This document shows, in pieces, positions 1-8,504 of a stretch of 50,906 nt of DNA. How positions within the stretch are numbered: the first letter of the stretch is position 1; each line of letters begins with the position of its first letter. This stretch comes from Thermoplasmata archaeon (GTDB lineage: Archaea; Thermoplasmatota; Thermoplasmata; UBA10834), in assembly GCA_020696395.1 (NCBI GenBank), contig JAEHCN010000002.1, forward strand, positions 1 to 50,906, given 5' to 3'. The notes under the pieces were generated by a model. The model did no database searches and was not told where the DNA came from. It saw nothing but the letters and a program-made list of their open reading frames with translations. A program made the translations under genes and the position numbers.

Positions 1-1
1 G

Positions 2-262
2 AATGATCTCTGGCTTTGGGGAGTGATCGCCATTGGAGTAGGGGTGATATTTGTTGCCATAGCCATAGCCAACAAAGAGCCTGCAGAATTCCGCACGCTG
101 AGAACTCGCATTGAGAGGGATTTCTACAGGAAATGCCCCAGCTGTGGCTCATGGAATACGAAATTCGTGCCGACCTGCTCTACATGTGGTGTGATGCTTC
201 CAACACTTTCCGAGTTCCAGAAGACCGAAGTAGCCCCGAGAGATTTCAAAGAGGGACCGTAA
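2..262 (+). CDS. Membrane-anchored zinc-ribbon protein, 5'-truncated by the window edge
   Basis: Frame is open from position 2 (NDLWLWGVIAIGVGVIFVAIAIA, a hydrophobic helix), followed by CPSCG-x8-CSTCG. Confidence 0.7.
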   Translation, partial: NDLWLWGVIAIGVGVIFVAIAIANKEPAEFRTLRTRIERDFYRKCPSCGSWNTKFVPTCSTCGVMLPTLSEFQKTEVAPRDFKEGP

Positions 263-283
263 GACCGACACTCTGAGGCGAGT

Positions 284-298
284 GAAAAGGCCATAGGG
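284..298 (+). repeat. Copy 1 (15-bp core) of the GAAAAGGCCATAGGGGCGGA motif
   Basis: gaaaaggccataggg. In addition, 311-346 matches the reverse complement of 2096-2131 at 26/36 positions without gaps. Confidence 0.8.
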
Positions 299-352
299 AA
301 AAATGAAAGGGGTTTGCCGAGCCCCCTGATTGACCCCGTCTTTTCGGGTGAC

Positions 353-466
353 TGGCCTACCGTGACGGACTATCAACGCTGATAATACGTCAAGCATAGC
401 CAGCTAGTTCATTTCGTGGAGGCAATTTCGGGGAATTAGTGCTCGGGGACTGACGAAACGCCTCCA
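353..466. other. Two adjacent imperfect stem-loops in non-coding DNA
   Basis: TGACG-gac-TATCA-acgc-TGATA-ata-CGTCA (363-392) and TGGAGGC..TTTCG..TTAGT..ACTGA-CGAAA..GCCTCCA (417-466). Confidence 0.5.
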
Positions 467-636
467 ATACCTCAGTTCCAGCATTGTCCTCGCTCTTTCT
501 GATTCTGTCGCCGCTCGGAAGGGCCGCCAATACGGCAAGGATTGAGTAGGATTCTAATAGCACGAATGTAATGACGATTTCGCTGAGGGTCAGGCAGGCA
601 TTTGTTCCTGTCTAGCTCCTCTAGGGGGAAGAAAGG

Positions 637-1803
637 GTGAAAAGGCGTTTCGTCGTTTGCTGCTTCAGTATCATAGCGGCAACTCTTGTGGTTGTGCCCG
701 GAGCGTGTCTCGCGAATCACGCGGGAGGGAAGTGGGCCGTAACAGAATCGTGGACCGTCGCGCTGTACATAAGCGGAGACAACAGCCTCGAACGGTTCTG
801 GGATGACAGCAGCCTCCCCGGATTGTTGAAGTTGCCGGCGAATGACAGGCTCAAGATTGTGGCCTATGTCGATCGGCTGAGCACGGAGGGAACCGAAGTC
901 GTCGAGGTGTCCGGTGACACGTGTGAACTGATCGCAACCCTTCCGGAGATGGACTTCGGAGATGGGAACACGTTCCAGTGGTTCCTGACCGAGATTGCAG
1001 AAGAATATCCATCGGACAAGCTCGCAGTGGTTGCATGGGACCATGGCTACGCATGGAGGTACATCAGTGACGACGTCACCTCTGGGAGCAGGATCACAAT
1101 GCCCGCGCTTGAGGCAGCAATAGTGGATTCAGGAGTCTACATCGACGTGCTAGCTTTCGATGCCTGCAACATGGCCTCGGTGGAGGTGGTCTACCAGATC
1201 TCTCTGACCGAATCTGTGGGAATAGTCGTCGGATCTGAGGAGTCGGTCCCGACAACCGGTTTTCCATATGATTTGATGCTGATGCCCACAGCTATCGACC
1301 CTTCGAGGTCACCTGTCCAGCTCGCGAGCGATATGGTTGCTGGATTCGAGGCGTTTTATGCGCCTCAGACTTGGGCCTCCACGGTGGCGTTGTCTGCGGT
1401 GAGCGTCCCATCGGTGGCAGCCCATGCCAAGACTATCTCTACTTGGTCAAGCTCGATGGTTTCGTGCCTGTCCATGTACGCGAGCAACTACAAGCAGGCT
1501 GTGAGTGAGACCTACTATGCCTGGGCCACGCACTATCATGTGGACATAGCGGACTTCGGGGACACGCTTCTAGCTGACGCCTCCATCACGGACGAGGAAC
1601 TCAGGGCCTCGACGGCGGCGATGGTGGACGCGATGGACGAATCTGTGATTGCCTCCTGGGGAGGACGGGCCGCGGAGGACAGCAGAGGGATGACTCTCTG
1701 GTGGGCCAACGGCGGCGACTGGAAGTCCTATTCGGATGCATATGCGGATGTCGCGTTCGCTACCGATATGGGATGGTGGACGCTGCTTGATGGATACAAC
1801 TAG
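637..1803 (+). CDS. Secreted clostripain-family (peptidase C11) cysteine protease
   Basis: Signal peptide, WTVALYISGDNSL N-terminal motif, catalytic His (AWDHG) and Cys (FDACNM), and GSEESVPTTGFPY. Confidence 0.9.
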   Translation: MKRRFVVCCFSIIAATLVVVPGACLANHAGGKWAVTESWTVALYISGDNSLERFWDDSSLPGLLKLPANDRLKIVAYVDRLSTEGTEVVEVSGDTCELIATLPEMDFGDGNTFQWFLTEIAEEYPSDKLAVVAWDHGYAWRYISDDVTSGSRITMPALEAAIVDSGVYIDVLAFDACNMASVEVVYQISLTESVGIVVGSEESVPTTGFPYDLMLMPTAIDPSRSPVQLASDMVAGFEAFYAPQTWASTVALSAVSVPSVAAHAKTISTWSSSMVSCLSMYASNYKQAVSETYYAWATHYHVDIADFGDTLLADASITDEELRASTAAMVDAMDESVIASWGGRAAEDSRGMTLWWANGGDWKSYSDAYADVAFATDMGWWTLLDGYN

Positions 1804-2002
1804 GAGATCAGCGCGGCGAATTTCTCTGAAGCAGTCCGAGACATAGGTACCACAGCCGGGCTTGTGACCGACAAGCTCAGCCAGTCACTGCATGTTCGGA
1901 TGGCCTTGTCCGTCGAGAGCGCGTCCGTCATGCTCGGACACTCAAACGCCATGGCCACCGAGAGATACTATCCGAGAAGACGACATTCCTAGCTACGCTT
2001 AG

Positions 2003-2036
2003 TGGTGGACCGAAGGGGATTTGAACCCCTGACCTC
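2003..2036 (-). tRNA. Orphan 3' fragment of a tRNA-Ala (variable loop, T-arm, acceptor 3' strand, CCA); att-like remnant, not a full gene
   Basis: Minus strand reads GAGGTC-AGGGG-TTCAAAT-CCCCT-TCGGTCC-A-CCA. U70 fits the Ala G3:U70 identity pair. No 5' half (GGGCCGA.., D-arm, anticodon arm) is present upstream. Confidence 0.8.
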
Positions 2037-2145
2037 GACTGGCTCGGCTGAAAAAGGTACATGAACCTTCCAGAAAGGCATCTCGGGAAGGGTAACGAAA
2101 AGGAGGGGTTAATATAGCCCCTCGCCAAACCTCTTCTTTCTTCTC

Positions 2146-2165
2146 TCCGCCCCTATGGCCTTTTC
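2146..2165 (-). repeat. Copy 2 of the GAAAAGGCCATAGGGGCGGA motif
   Basis: + strand tccgcccctatggccttttc, identical to 2952-2971. Confidence 0.95.
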
Positions 2166-2257
2166 GTGCGCTGAATGTGGTACGCAAGTTCTTAGTACGA
2201 ATTCACCCATCCAAACAGGGTGAGTTCGGAACCCTGAGAGGGGAGGTATGGTTGCAG

Positions 2258-2914
2258 ATGACCGGTATGGCGAAGACTCCGGAACTGCGGTCTCGAATTG
2301 GCGCATACAAGGTCGCAATCGTTCTGCTAGTGGCGACCATCATCGTACTGTCAGTTGCTCTCTACTCTGGCTGGTACGAGTCAGACCATGGTGACGGTAC
2401 GACCGATGGAGAGTCTCCTGCTAGACCTTCTCCGGACTCGTTCATCCTGAACGGAACCTCGCTGACGATTACCCCAAACAGTATCATGTGGATTAACACG
2501 AATGAGTCAGATCGAGAAGGCCTTGTCGGATGGGATTGGCATACGCTCCAAGTAGCGGTGGCCACTAATGATAGCTGGGTTGGATGGGCGCTCTATCATG
2601 CAGAGGAGACGCTGTCTCTGGGAACTCCTTCAGTGGCGGATCTTGGAGAAGGCGGGGTCATGGAGGGAAGTGTCCTGAACCTGTCGTTCTCGTTGGTCGT
2701 AGCTGACATCACCGGGAATGGATACTTCGATTTTGGGGACTACTTCATTGCATACACCGAGAACGATTCGCTGCTCGTCCCTGGAACTGAGTGGTTCATC
2801 CACCTCGCCAGTAATCTCGGTTCCGTCTATATGTCCTGGACTTTCAGCATATCCATATCTGAAGATGGGTATGAGGTGCTGGATATTACCCGATACGACT
2901 TTGCACCGTTTTGA
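2258..2914 (+). CDS. Membrane-anchored surface protein, divergent archaeal type IV pilin-like
   Basis: Start moved to ATG 2258, which follows GGAGGT. VAIVLLVATIIVLSVALY resembles the archaeal pilin N-terminal helix (IATILMVAITVVLAAVLY). The C-terminal half contains ADITGNGYFDFGDYF. Confidence 0.6.
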   Translation: MTGMAKTPELRSRIGAYKVAIVLLVATIIVLSVALYSGWYESDHGDGTTDGESPARPSPDSFILNGTSLTITPNSIMWINTNESDREGLVGWDWHTLQVAVATNDSWVGWALYHAEETLSLGTPSVADLGEGGVMEGSVLNLSFSLVVADITGNGYFDFGDYFIAYTENDSLLVPGTEWFIHLASNLGSVYMSWTFSISISEDGYEVLDITRYDFAPF

Positions 2915-2951
2915 GCAATGGGAGAGCATGAGAATAGGGATGATTCGTCGT

Positions 2952-2971
2952 TCCGCCCCTATGGCCTTTTC
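2952..2971 (-). repeat. Copy 3 of the GAAAAGGCCATAGGGGCGGA motif
   Basis: + strand tccgcccctatggccttttc, a perfect direct repeat of 2146-2165. Confidence 0.95.
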
Positions 2972-3060
2972 CACGCTTGACAAACGCTGGTAACACCCCA
3001 GACGGAATGCTGGCACGGCCATAAACCTTTATCAGATGATTCTGGGATACCGAAGACGGC

Positions 3061-3789
3061 ATGCCGCTCTCCGCACAAGACGAACTCCTCAGAGGCATCG
3101 ACCTCAGAGGAATCGTGTTCGACCTGGACGACACGTTGGTCCAGTCTACCGTCGACTATGAGCGCTTCAAGATGCTCATAATCAGGAGAATCGCCTCCAA
3201 GGGCGATGACCCCAGCCAGTACAGCCCGGACGAGGGGATCGTCGGTCTCGTCGACAAATTCGCGGAGCGGATGCGGTCCTGTGGGTGGTCCGAAGCGCAG
3301 GTCACGGCATCCCTGGAGGAGTTCGAGGAGATAATGGACGGCGTGGAGCTTGAGCGGGTTCACGACACAGGCGAGCTCAAGGGGGCCCGAGAGGTGCTCG
3401 AGTATCTGCGGTCGCGTGACATCAGAGTCGGGATCCTCACGAGAGGATGCCAGAAGTACGCAGAGGAGGCCCTCCGCCTCACAGGACTGAGGGAGTTCGT
3501 GCAGGTCATCGAATGCAGGAACACCGGGATGCCCGCGAAACCCAACCCCAGGCCGTACTGGCACCTGGTCGAGCAGCTGGGGCTGAGGCCGGAGCAGACA
3601 ATCTTCGTGGGAGACCACTTCATCGATGCGACATGCGCGGCAAGGGCAGGTGTGCCCTTCGTCGGCGTCCTCACGGGAAGCTTGGACGAACAGACTCTCA
3701 GGGAAGCGGGGAGCGTAGAGGTGTTCGGGAGCGTGTCTGCCATGCTCCCGTGGCTGAAGGGACTGCTCGAAGAGCACGTGCGAGCATAA
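3061..3789 (+). CDS. HAD-superfamily hydrolase (phosphoglycolate phosphatase-like)
   Basis: FDLDDTL motif I, ILTR motif II, KPNP, and FVGDHFIDA motif IV. Confidence 0.9.
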   Translation: MPLSAQDELLRGIDLRGIVFDLDDTLVQSTVDYERFKMLIIRRIASKGDDPSQYSPDEGIVGLVDKFAERMRSCGWSEAQVTASLEEFEEIMDGVELERVHDTGELKGAREVLEYLRSRDIRVGILTRGCQKYAEEALRLTGLREFVQVIECRNTGMPAKPNPRPYWHLVEQLGLRPEQTIFVGDHFIDATCAARAGVPFVGVLTGSLDEQTLREAGSVEVFGSVSAMLPWLKGLLEEHVRA

Positions 3790-3834
3790 AAGGGCAATTA
3801 TGAACCGAGAATAGAGAATTATGGACCGAAAAAA

Positions 3835-4413
3835 TCATCGATGTCCAGCGTTCATCAGCCGTATCTCGGCGTCTTGCGAGTCGAGCATCGTCTCCTCCTG
3901 CAGTTCCATCTCCGCGGACTGCGGGACGACGACATCGAGGCTGCGCTCAAGCAGCGCCATCTCCCTCTCGGACAGCGTGCGCGGGTCGATAGGGATGACA
4001 AGGGAGGCGTCGTTTGTCATGACAACGTCTCTAAGCTGATGCATGAACTGAAGCATACGGTCGTACGTGTTCAGGGATACGAGGTATTCCAGGCCATCGA
4101 TGAGCACGACCGCTCTCGGATTGTTCTCAATGAACGACCTCACCTGGCTCATCAATATGCCAATGGCGGTCGGGTTGATCCTGCCGTCCCCGACAAGGTT
4201 CGTGAGCCAGATCACTCTGCTGCTCCCGAGGTTGCGCTCACTCTGCAGCCTCTTCGGCAGCTCACGTGAGACCACCATACCGTGATAGCCCGCCGACAGG
4301 CCCTGTTCGAACATGTCGAAGCTCACTTTGGGACGCCGCTCCTCCACGAGGTAGACGTTACCTGGCTTCAACTCAGGGTTAACGGCGACTGCTGGAGCAT
4401 ACGAGTTGCCCAA
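3835..4413 (-). CDS. Stand-alone DUF835 (inactive KaiC-like ATPase) protein
   Basis: GNVYLVEE, GMVVSRELP, VIWLTN, INPT, VVLIDGLEYLVSLN and IDPRTLSEREMALLER are typical DUF835 motifs. Confidence 0.85.
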   Translation of the reverse strand: MGNSYAPAVAVNPELKPGNVYLVEERRPKVSFDMFEQGLSAGYHGMVVSRELPKRLQSERNLGSSRVIWLTNLVGDGRINPTAIGILMSQVRSFIENNPRAVVLIDGLEYLVSLNTYDRMLQFMHQLRDVVMTNDASLVIPIDPRTLSEREMALLERSLDVVVPQSAEMELQEETMLDSQDAEIRLMNAGHR

Positions 4414-4518
4414 CTAAGCATCCCATCCTTGCAGATCTATATGTGCCAAGATTTATATAATACTGTTGACACGGGCCGCGTCCAGTGCAACCAAAGGGGT
4501 GCCGAGCGATCCTCGGCA

Positions 4519-4782
4519 TCAGAGCCTATCGCAGAATACCCTCAGTCCATCATCGCCGACGGCCCCGAACCTGCACTTCGAGCAGTCATGAACGGTGGCG
4601 GAGGCCCTCATGTCAAAGTAACATGGCGTGGTGAAGAACTTGGTCTCCCCTGCACAGATCACCCTGGACCTGCCATCGATGACGCTGCCTCTGGGACAGC
4701 GCTGACAGTCGGCGGCAGACACCATGCGCGCCTCATACAGGTCGCACCGAATCTGGAACAGCTTGTGGAATTTCGTACTCAT
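4519..4782 (-). CDS. Small Cys-rich protein with two C-x12-C-x2-C-x13-C repeats (probable metal binding)
   Basis: Eight Cys residues in two identically spaced units, each ending in RV(I/F)C. Confidence 0.75.
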   Translation of the reverse strand: MSTKFHKLFQIRCDLYEARMVSAADCQRCPRGSVIDGRSRVICAGETKFFTTPCYFDMRASATVHDCSKCRFGAVGDDGLRVFCDRL

Positions 4783-5048
4783 GCTCCGACCGAGATGACG
4801 AATCGAGTCCTTCGTTGATATCGGTTTCGTGTCCGCACCGATGGTCAGAAACCGTCGACCCTCGGGCGATTGAGCGATTTGCCGTGACCTGTCAGGTCTC
4901 CCGGCGCCTCTTGGCAGATCGCATCGCTGGAGCCAATGTCACCAACGAGAATCGCTCCGAAAGGTTTTATGAGCAGTAAATCGTTGCGTGGGCGTCGTCG
5001 GGTGCACTCGTTCCCTGCACCAAGCCAGCAGAATGTCGGAGACAGTAG

Positions 5049-7166
5049 ATGCAGGAAATCCCCCATATCGGTACGGACTTGATATTCAAGGAGTTGCTTG
5101 ACGGAGTCTTCATCTGCAAGAAGTCTGGCGAGTTGCTCTATGCCAATCCCGCTTTCAGCAGAAACCTGGGCTATTCTGAGGAGGACATGGCCTCTAAGGA
5201 CATCTGCAAGGACATAGTGGACCGCGAACTCGAGTGGCAGGCGTTGATCTCTCTGATGGAGCAGGGAAGTCCGATAATGGACTACGAGATCAAGGTGAGA
5301 AAGGCCGATAAGACGAGGGCCGTCGCGGCGATATCAGCCACGACCCACAGGGACTCGAAGGGAATGCCCGTCGGCATTGCAGGCGTGATGCGGGACATCT
5401 CGACCAGGAAGGGCGTCGAGAACGACCTACGCGAGAGGGCGTTCAAAACGGACATCGTCAACCGGATCGCGAGGAGCGCCGGGAGGAGCAAGGATATCCC
5501 GGACGTTATTCGCCACCTCGAGGAGGACCTCCGCAAGCTGGTACCGTTCGAGCAGCTGAGCCTCGGGATGACGGAGGAAAAAGGACGGCACGTCGAGGTT
5601 GTCGCCTCTGACCCGGGGAACCCCTCGAGACCTCGGCCCGTGGGGAATGTACCATTCGAAGGAAGCCTAGTGGAGAAGCTCAAATACGGCAAGAGCGCCG
5701 TGGTCGTTGACAAGGATGCGGCCCGCAGACTATTCTCGGAGTTCACCGTGGTGGACAACTCGAAGATGAGCTCGGTCCTGGCCGTCCCGCTCAAGAGCCG
5801 GGGAAGGATGATCGGCTCCCTCAACGTGGCCCACTCGAAGCAGGGAGAGTACAGCTGGGAGAGGGCGGAGGCGCTTCAGGCCGTGGCTGACCACCTCGGA
5901 GGCATGATTGACAACATGGTCCTACTCAGGTCGTTCGAGACGAAGGCGAAGCTGCACGAGATACTTATGGCATCAGGCATCGAGCTTCAGAAGGCGATTA
6001 CGACGGAGCAGATCTACGCTGCGATCGCGTCAGCCATCAAGCAGGTCGTCCCTTACAAGGACCTCTCCTTCTACCTCGTGAACTGGCCTAGCAGACAGAT
6101 ATACGCGGTCTATGCCGTCGGCAGCTACACGGAGGAGACCTTGGCCGCCCCCGCAGGATGGCTCGACGACGGAATCGTCGGCCACGTCGTGAGGACCGGG
6201 AGGGCAGAGTTCGTCGATGACGTGGACATGGACCCCAGGGGAGTAGACATACCCAACATACCCCGATCGCCATCGGATCACAGCTCCATGCTGGCCATCC
6301 CCCTCACCGGAAGCGATGGAGTGCTGGGAGTCCTCGAGCTGTACAGAGAACCAGGAAAGGTATTCTCGATGAGTGATCTGGAGGCGGGCCTGCTTTTCGC
6401 ACAGCAGGCATCCGTTGCACTCGCAAACGCCCAGCTCGTCTCGAGGCTTCATGAGGCCAAGGAGGAGATCGAGATGCTGAACGACCTCATGTTCCATGAC
6501 ATCAACAACTACAATTTCGCGACGCAGAACTACGTCGAGAGCGTCGTGACGGCGAAGAGCGTTCCAAAGGAGAGCGAGGTGCAGCTGAAGAAGGCGCTGA
6601 ACCTGATCAAGCAGAACTCCCAGCTGATCGACAACGTCAAGAAGCTGACCAGGATAGGCATCATGACTCAGGAGGATTTCGAGCCTGTCAACCTCAAGGA
6701 TGTGCTCGTCAAGGTCACATCTGGCATGGCCCATGCATCACCGAGCAAGACGGTCAGCTTCGACCTCAAGCTGCCCGAGAACGATGCGTTCGTGATGGCC
6801 AACGTCCTTATAGAGGAGCTATTCGTGAACATCGTCTCGAACGCGGTCAAGTACGACCCACACAACGACGTCGAGGTGGACGTCGGCTGCACACGGACCC
6901 TTGAAGACGGGGAGACTTGGTGGAGAGTCATGATCGCTGACCGAGGCCAGGGCATACCCGACGACAAGAAGGAACTGCTATTCCAGAAGTATGTCAGACT
7001 GAAGTCTGAGTCCGTAGTCTCCGGGACAGGACTCGGCCTCTCGATAGTCAGGGCTTTGGCGGACAAGTTCAACGGCCGCGTGTGGGTAGAGGACAGGGTG
7101 CCTGGCAAGAGCGAATTGGGCGCCTCATTCTTTGTGGAGATACCGGCGATGAAGCAGCCGAAGTGA
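5049..7166 (+). CDS. Cytoplasmic PAS-GAF-GAF sensor histidine kinase
   Basis: PAS (YANPAFSRNLGYSEED..RDISTRK), two GAF domains (LAVPLKSRGRMIGSL; MLAIPLTGSDGVLGVL), H-box FHDINN, N-box NIVSNAVKY, G1 DRGQGI and G2 GTGLGL. Confidence 0.92.
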   Translation: MQEIPHIGTDLIFKELLDGVFICKKSGELLYANPAFSRNLGYSEEDMASKDICKDIVDRELEWQALISLMEQGSPIMDYEIKVRKADKTRAVAAISATTHRDSKGMPVGIAGVMRDISTRKGVENDLRERAFKTDIVNRIARSAGRSKDIPDVIRHLEEDLRKLVPFEQLSLGMTEEKGRHVEVVASDPGNPSRPRPVGNVPFEGSLVEKLKYGKSAVVVDKDAARRLFSEFTVVDNSKMSSVLAVPLKSRGRMIGSLNVAHSKQGEYSWERAEALQAVADHLGGMIDNMVLLRSFETKAKLHEILMASGIELQKAITTEQIYAAIASAIKQVVPYKDLSFYLVNWPSRQIYAVYAVGSYTEETLAAPAGWLDDGIVGHVVRTGRAEFVDDVDMDPRGVDIPNIPRSPSDHSSMLAIPLTGSDGVLGVLELYREPGKVFSMSDLEAGLLFAQQASVALANAQLVSRLHEAKEEIEMLNDLMFHDINNYNFATQNYVESVVTAKSVPKESEVQLKKALNLIKQNSQLIDNVKKLTRIGIMTQEDFEPVNLKDVLVKVTSGMAHASPSKTVSFDLKLPENDAFVMANVLIEELFVNIVSNAVKYDPHNDVEVDVGCTRTLEDGETWWRVMIADRGQGIPDDKKELLFQKYVRLKSESVVSGTGLGLSIVRALADKFNGRVWVEDRVPGKSELGASFFVEIPAMKQPK

Positions 7167-7205
7167 GGCGAAAGCCTCTTCCGCTCGTATCCCGTTGATT
7201 CATCG

Positions 7206-8453
7206 ATGGGGTCGGGAGATGAAGGAAGAGATCGCCCCTCGGTCTCTCTCGTGAGATGTGCCACGTATGATCCGTCGACAGTCGATGCTTCCGTCCGGAA
7301 GGCCGTGAGCCTCCTGGGCGGGATCTCGAGGTACGTGGCTAGTGGTGACCGTGTTCTCATCAAACCGAACATGCTCGCTGCGCGACGCCCGGAACAGGCC
7401 GTCACGACCCACCCCGAGGTCGTCCGAGTCGCCATCAGACTGGTCCGAGAGGCTGGCGGGACTCCGGTTGTCGGCGACTCGCCTGCAGGGCCATCGACCG
7501 AGAGAATACTGAGGCATCTGGCCAACAAGACGGGGATAGCCGAGGTGTGCGCTCAGGAGGGAGTGCGGTTCGTTCTGTTCCTTGAGCACGCGACCGTGGC
7601 CTACGAGGACGGGAGGGTCGCGAGGACTTTCGACCTCACTAACACTCTGAAGGAGGTCGACTCGGTCATCTCGCTGGCCAAGCTCAAGACCCATTCTTTC
7701 ACCGGATACACCGGGGCTGTCAAGAACCTGTTCGGGCTCGTGCACGGCCTGAGGAAGGCCGAGTACCATCTGCGAATGAAGGACGTGGAGGCGTTCTCGG
7801 AGATGCTGGTGGACCTCGCGGGATGCGTGGGACCGCGACTCACGATCATGGACGCCGTGGTGGGGATGGACGGCGACGGACCCTCCGGGGGGCGGCCGAG
7901 GGAGGTCGGCCTCCTGCTCGCGTCATCAAACCCTCACGCGCTCGATGCCGTCGCCCTCGAGGTCGTCGATGCCAATCCAGAGACCATACATACAGTCCGC
8001 TCAGCCATCGCTAGGGGGCACCTGCCAGAGCAATGCGTCTCGGGGATCGAAATCCTTGGAGAGCCTCTGGACGCGGCACGTATCCACGACTTCAGGATCC
8101 CGCCGAAGGTAAGGAGGTTCGGGGGTGTGCCGGGGATCCTGGGCCGGATCGCTTCGGAGGGCGCCGCCCGGAAACCCGTGTTCGTCGACAGGGCTTGTGT
8201 CCGGTGCGGTAGCTGCGTGGACATCTGCCCGGCATCGGCTCTGAAGGCGTCGGGAGCTGACAAGGGGAAGATCAGAATATCCAGGGATGCCTGTATACGC
8301 TGCTACTGCTGCCTGGAGGTGTGCCCTGAAGACGCGGTCGTTCTGAGGCGTATGCCCATGAGGTCCTGGCTGACGCTAGCCACGGCACCGTGGAGAAGAC
8401 GAAGGGATGGAAAAGATGGGGGCGACGCGCCTCGGTCACTCTGTCCGAGATGA
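7206..8453 (+). CDS. DUF362 protein with a C-terminal 2x[4Fe-4S] ferredoxin domain
   Basis: VLIKPNML, TTHPEVV, KLKTH..TGAVKNLFG, GDGPSGG, CVRCGSCVDICP and CIRCYCCLEVCP. Confidence 0.9.
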   Translation: MGSGDEGRDRPSVSLVRCATYDPSTVDASVRKAVSLLGGISRYVASGDRVLIKPNMLAARRPEQAVTTHPEVVRVAIRLVREAGGTPVVGDSPAGPSTERILRHLANKTGIAEVCAQEGVRFVLFLEHATVAYEDGRVARTFDLTNTLKEVDSVISLAKLKTHSFTGYTGAVKNLFGLVHGLRKAEYHLRMKDVEAFSEMLVDLAGCVGPRLTIMDAVVGMDGDGPSGGRPREVGLLLASSNPHALDAVALEVVDANPETIHTVRSAIARGHLPEQCVSGIEILGEPLDAARIHDFRIPPKVRRFGGVPGILGRIASEGAARKPVFVDRACVRCGSCVDICPASALKASGADKGKIRISRDACIRCYCCLEVCPEDAVVLRRMPMRSWLTLATAPWRRRRDGKDGGDAPRSLCPR

Positions 8454-8504
8454 AATAGGAATAATGAAAAGGGTTTATTCGAGTTTCGCCTATCGGTCGA
8501 CGGT

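Noticed and set aside
417..466. Hammerhead ribozyme (CTGACGA/GAAAC-like text)
   Set aside because: CTGACGA and GAAAC overlap with no stem II between them, so the catalytic core cannot form.
284..2971. CRISPR array formed by the repeated motif
   Set aside because: Spacing is 0.8-1.9 kb, orientations are mixed, and there are no cas genes.
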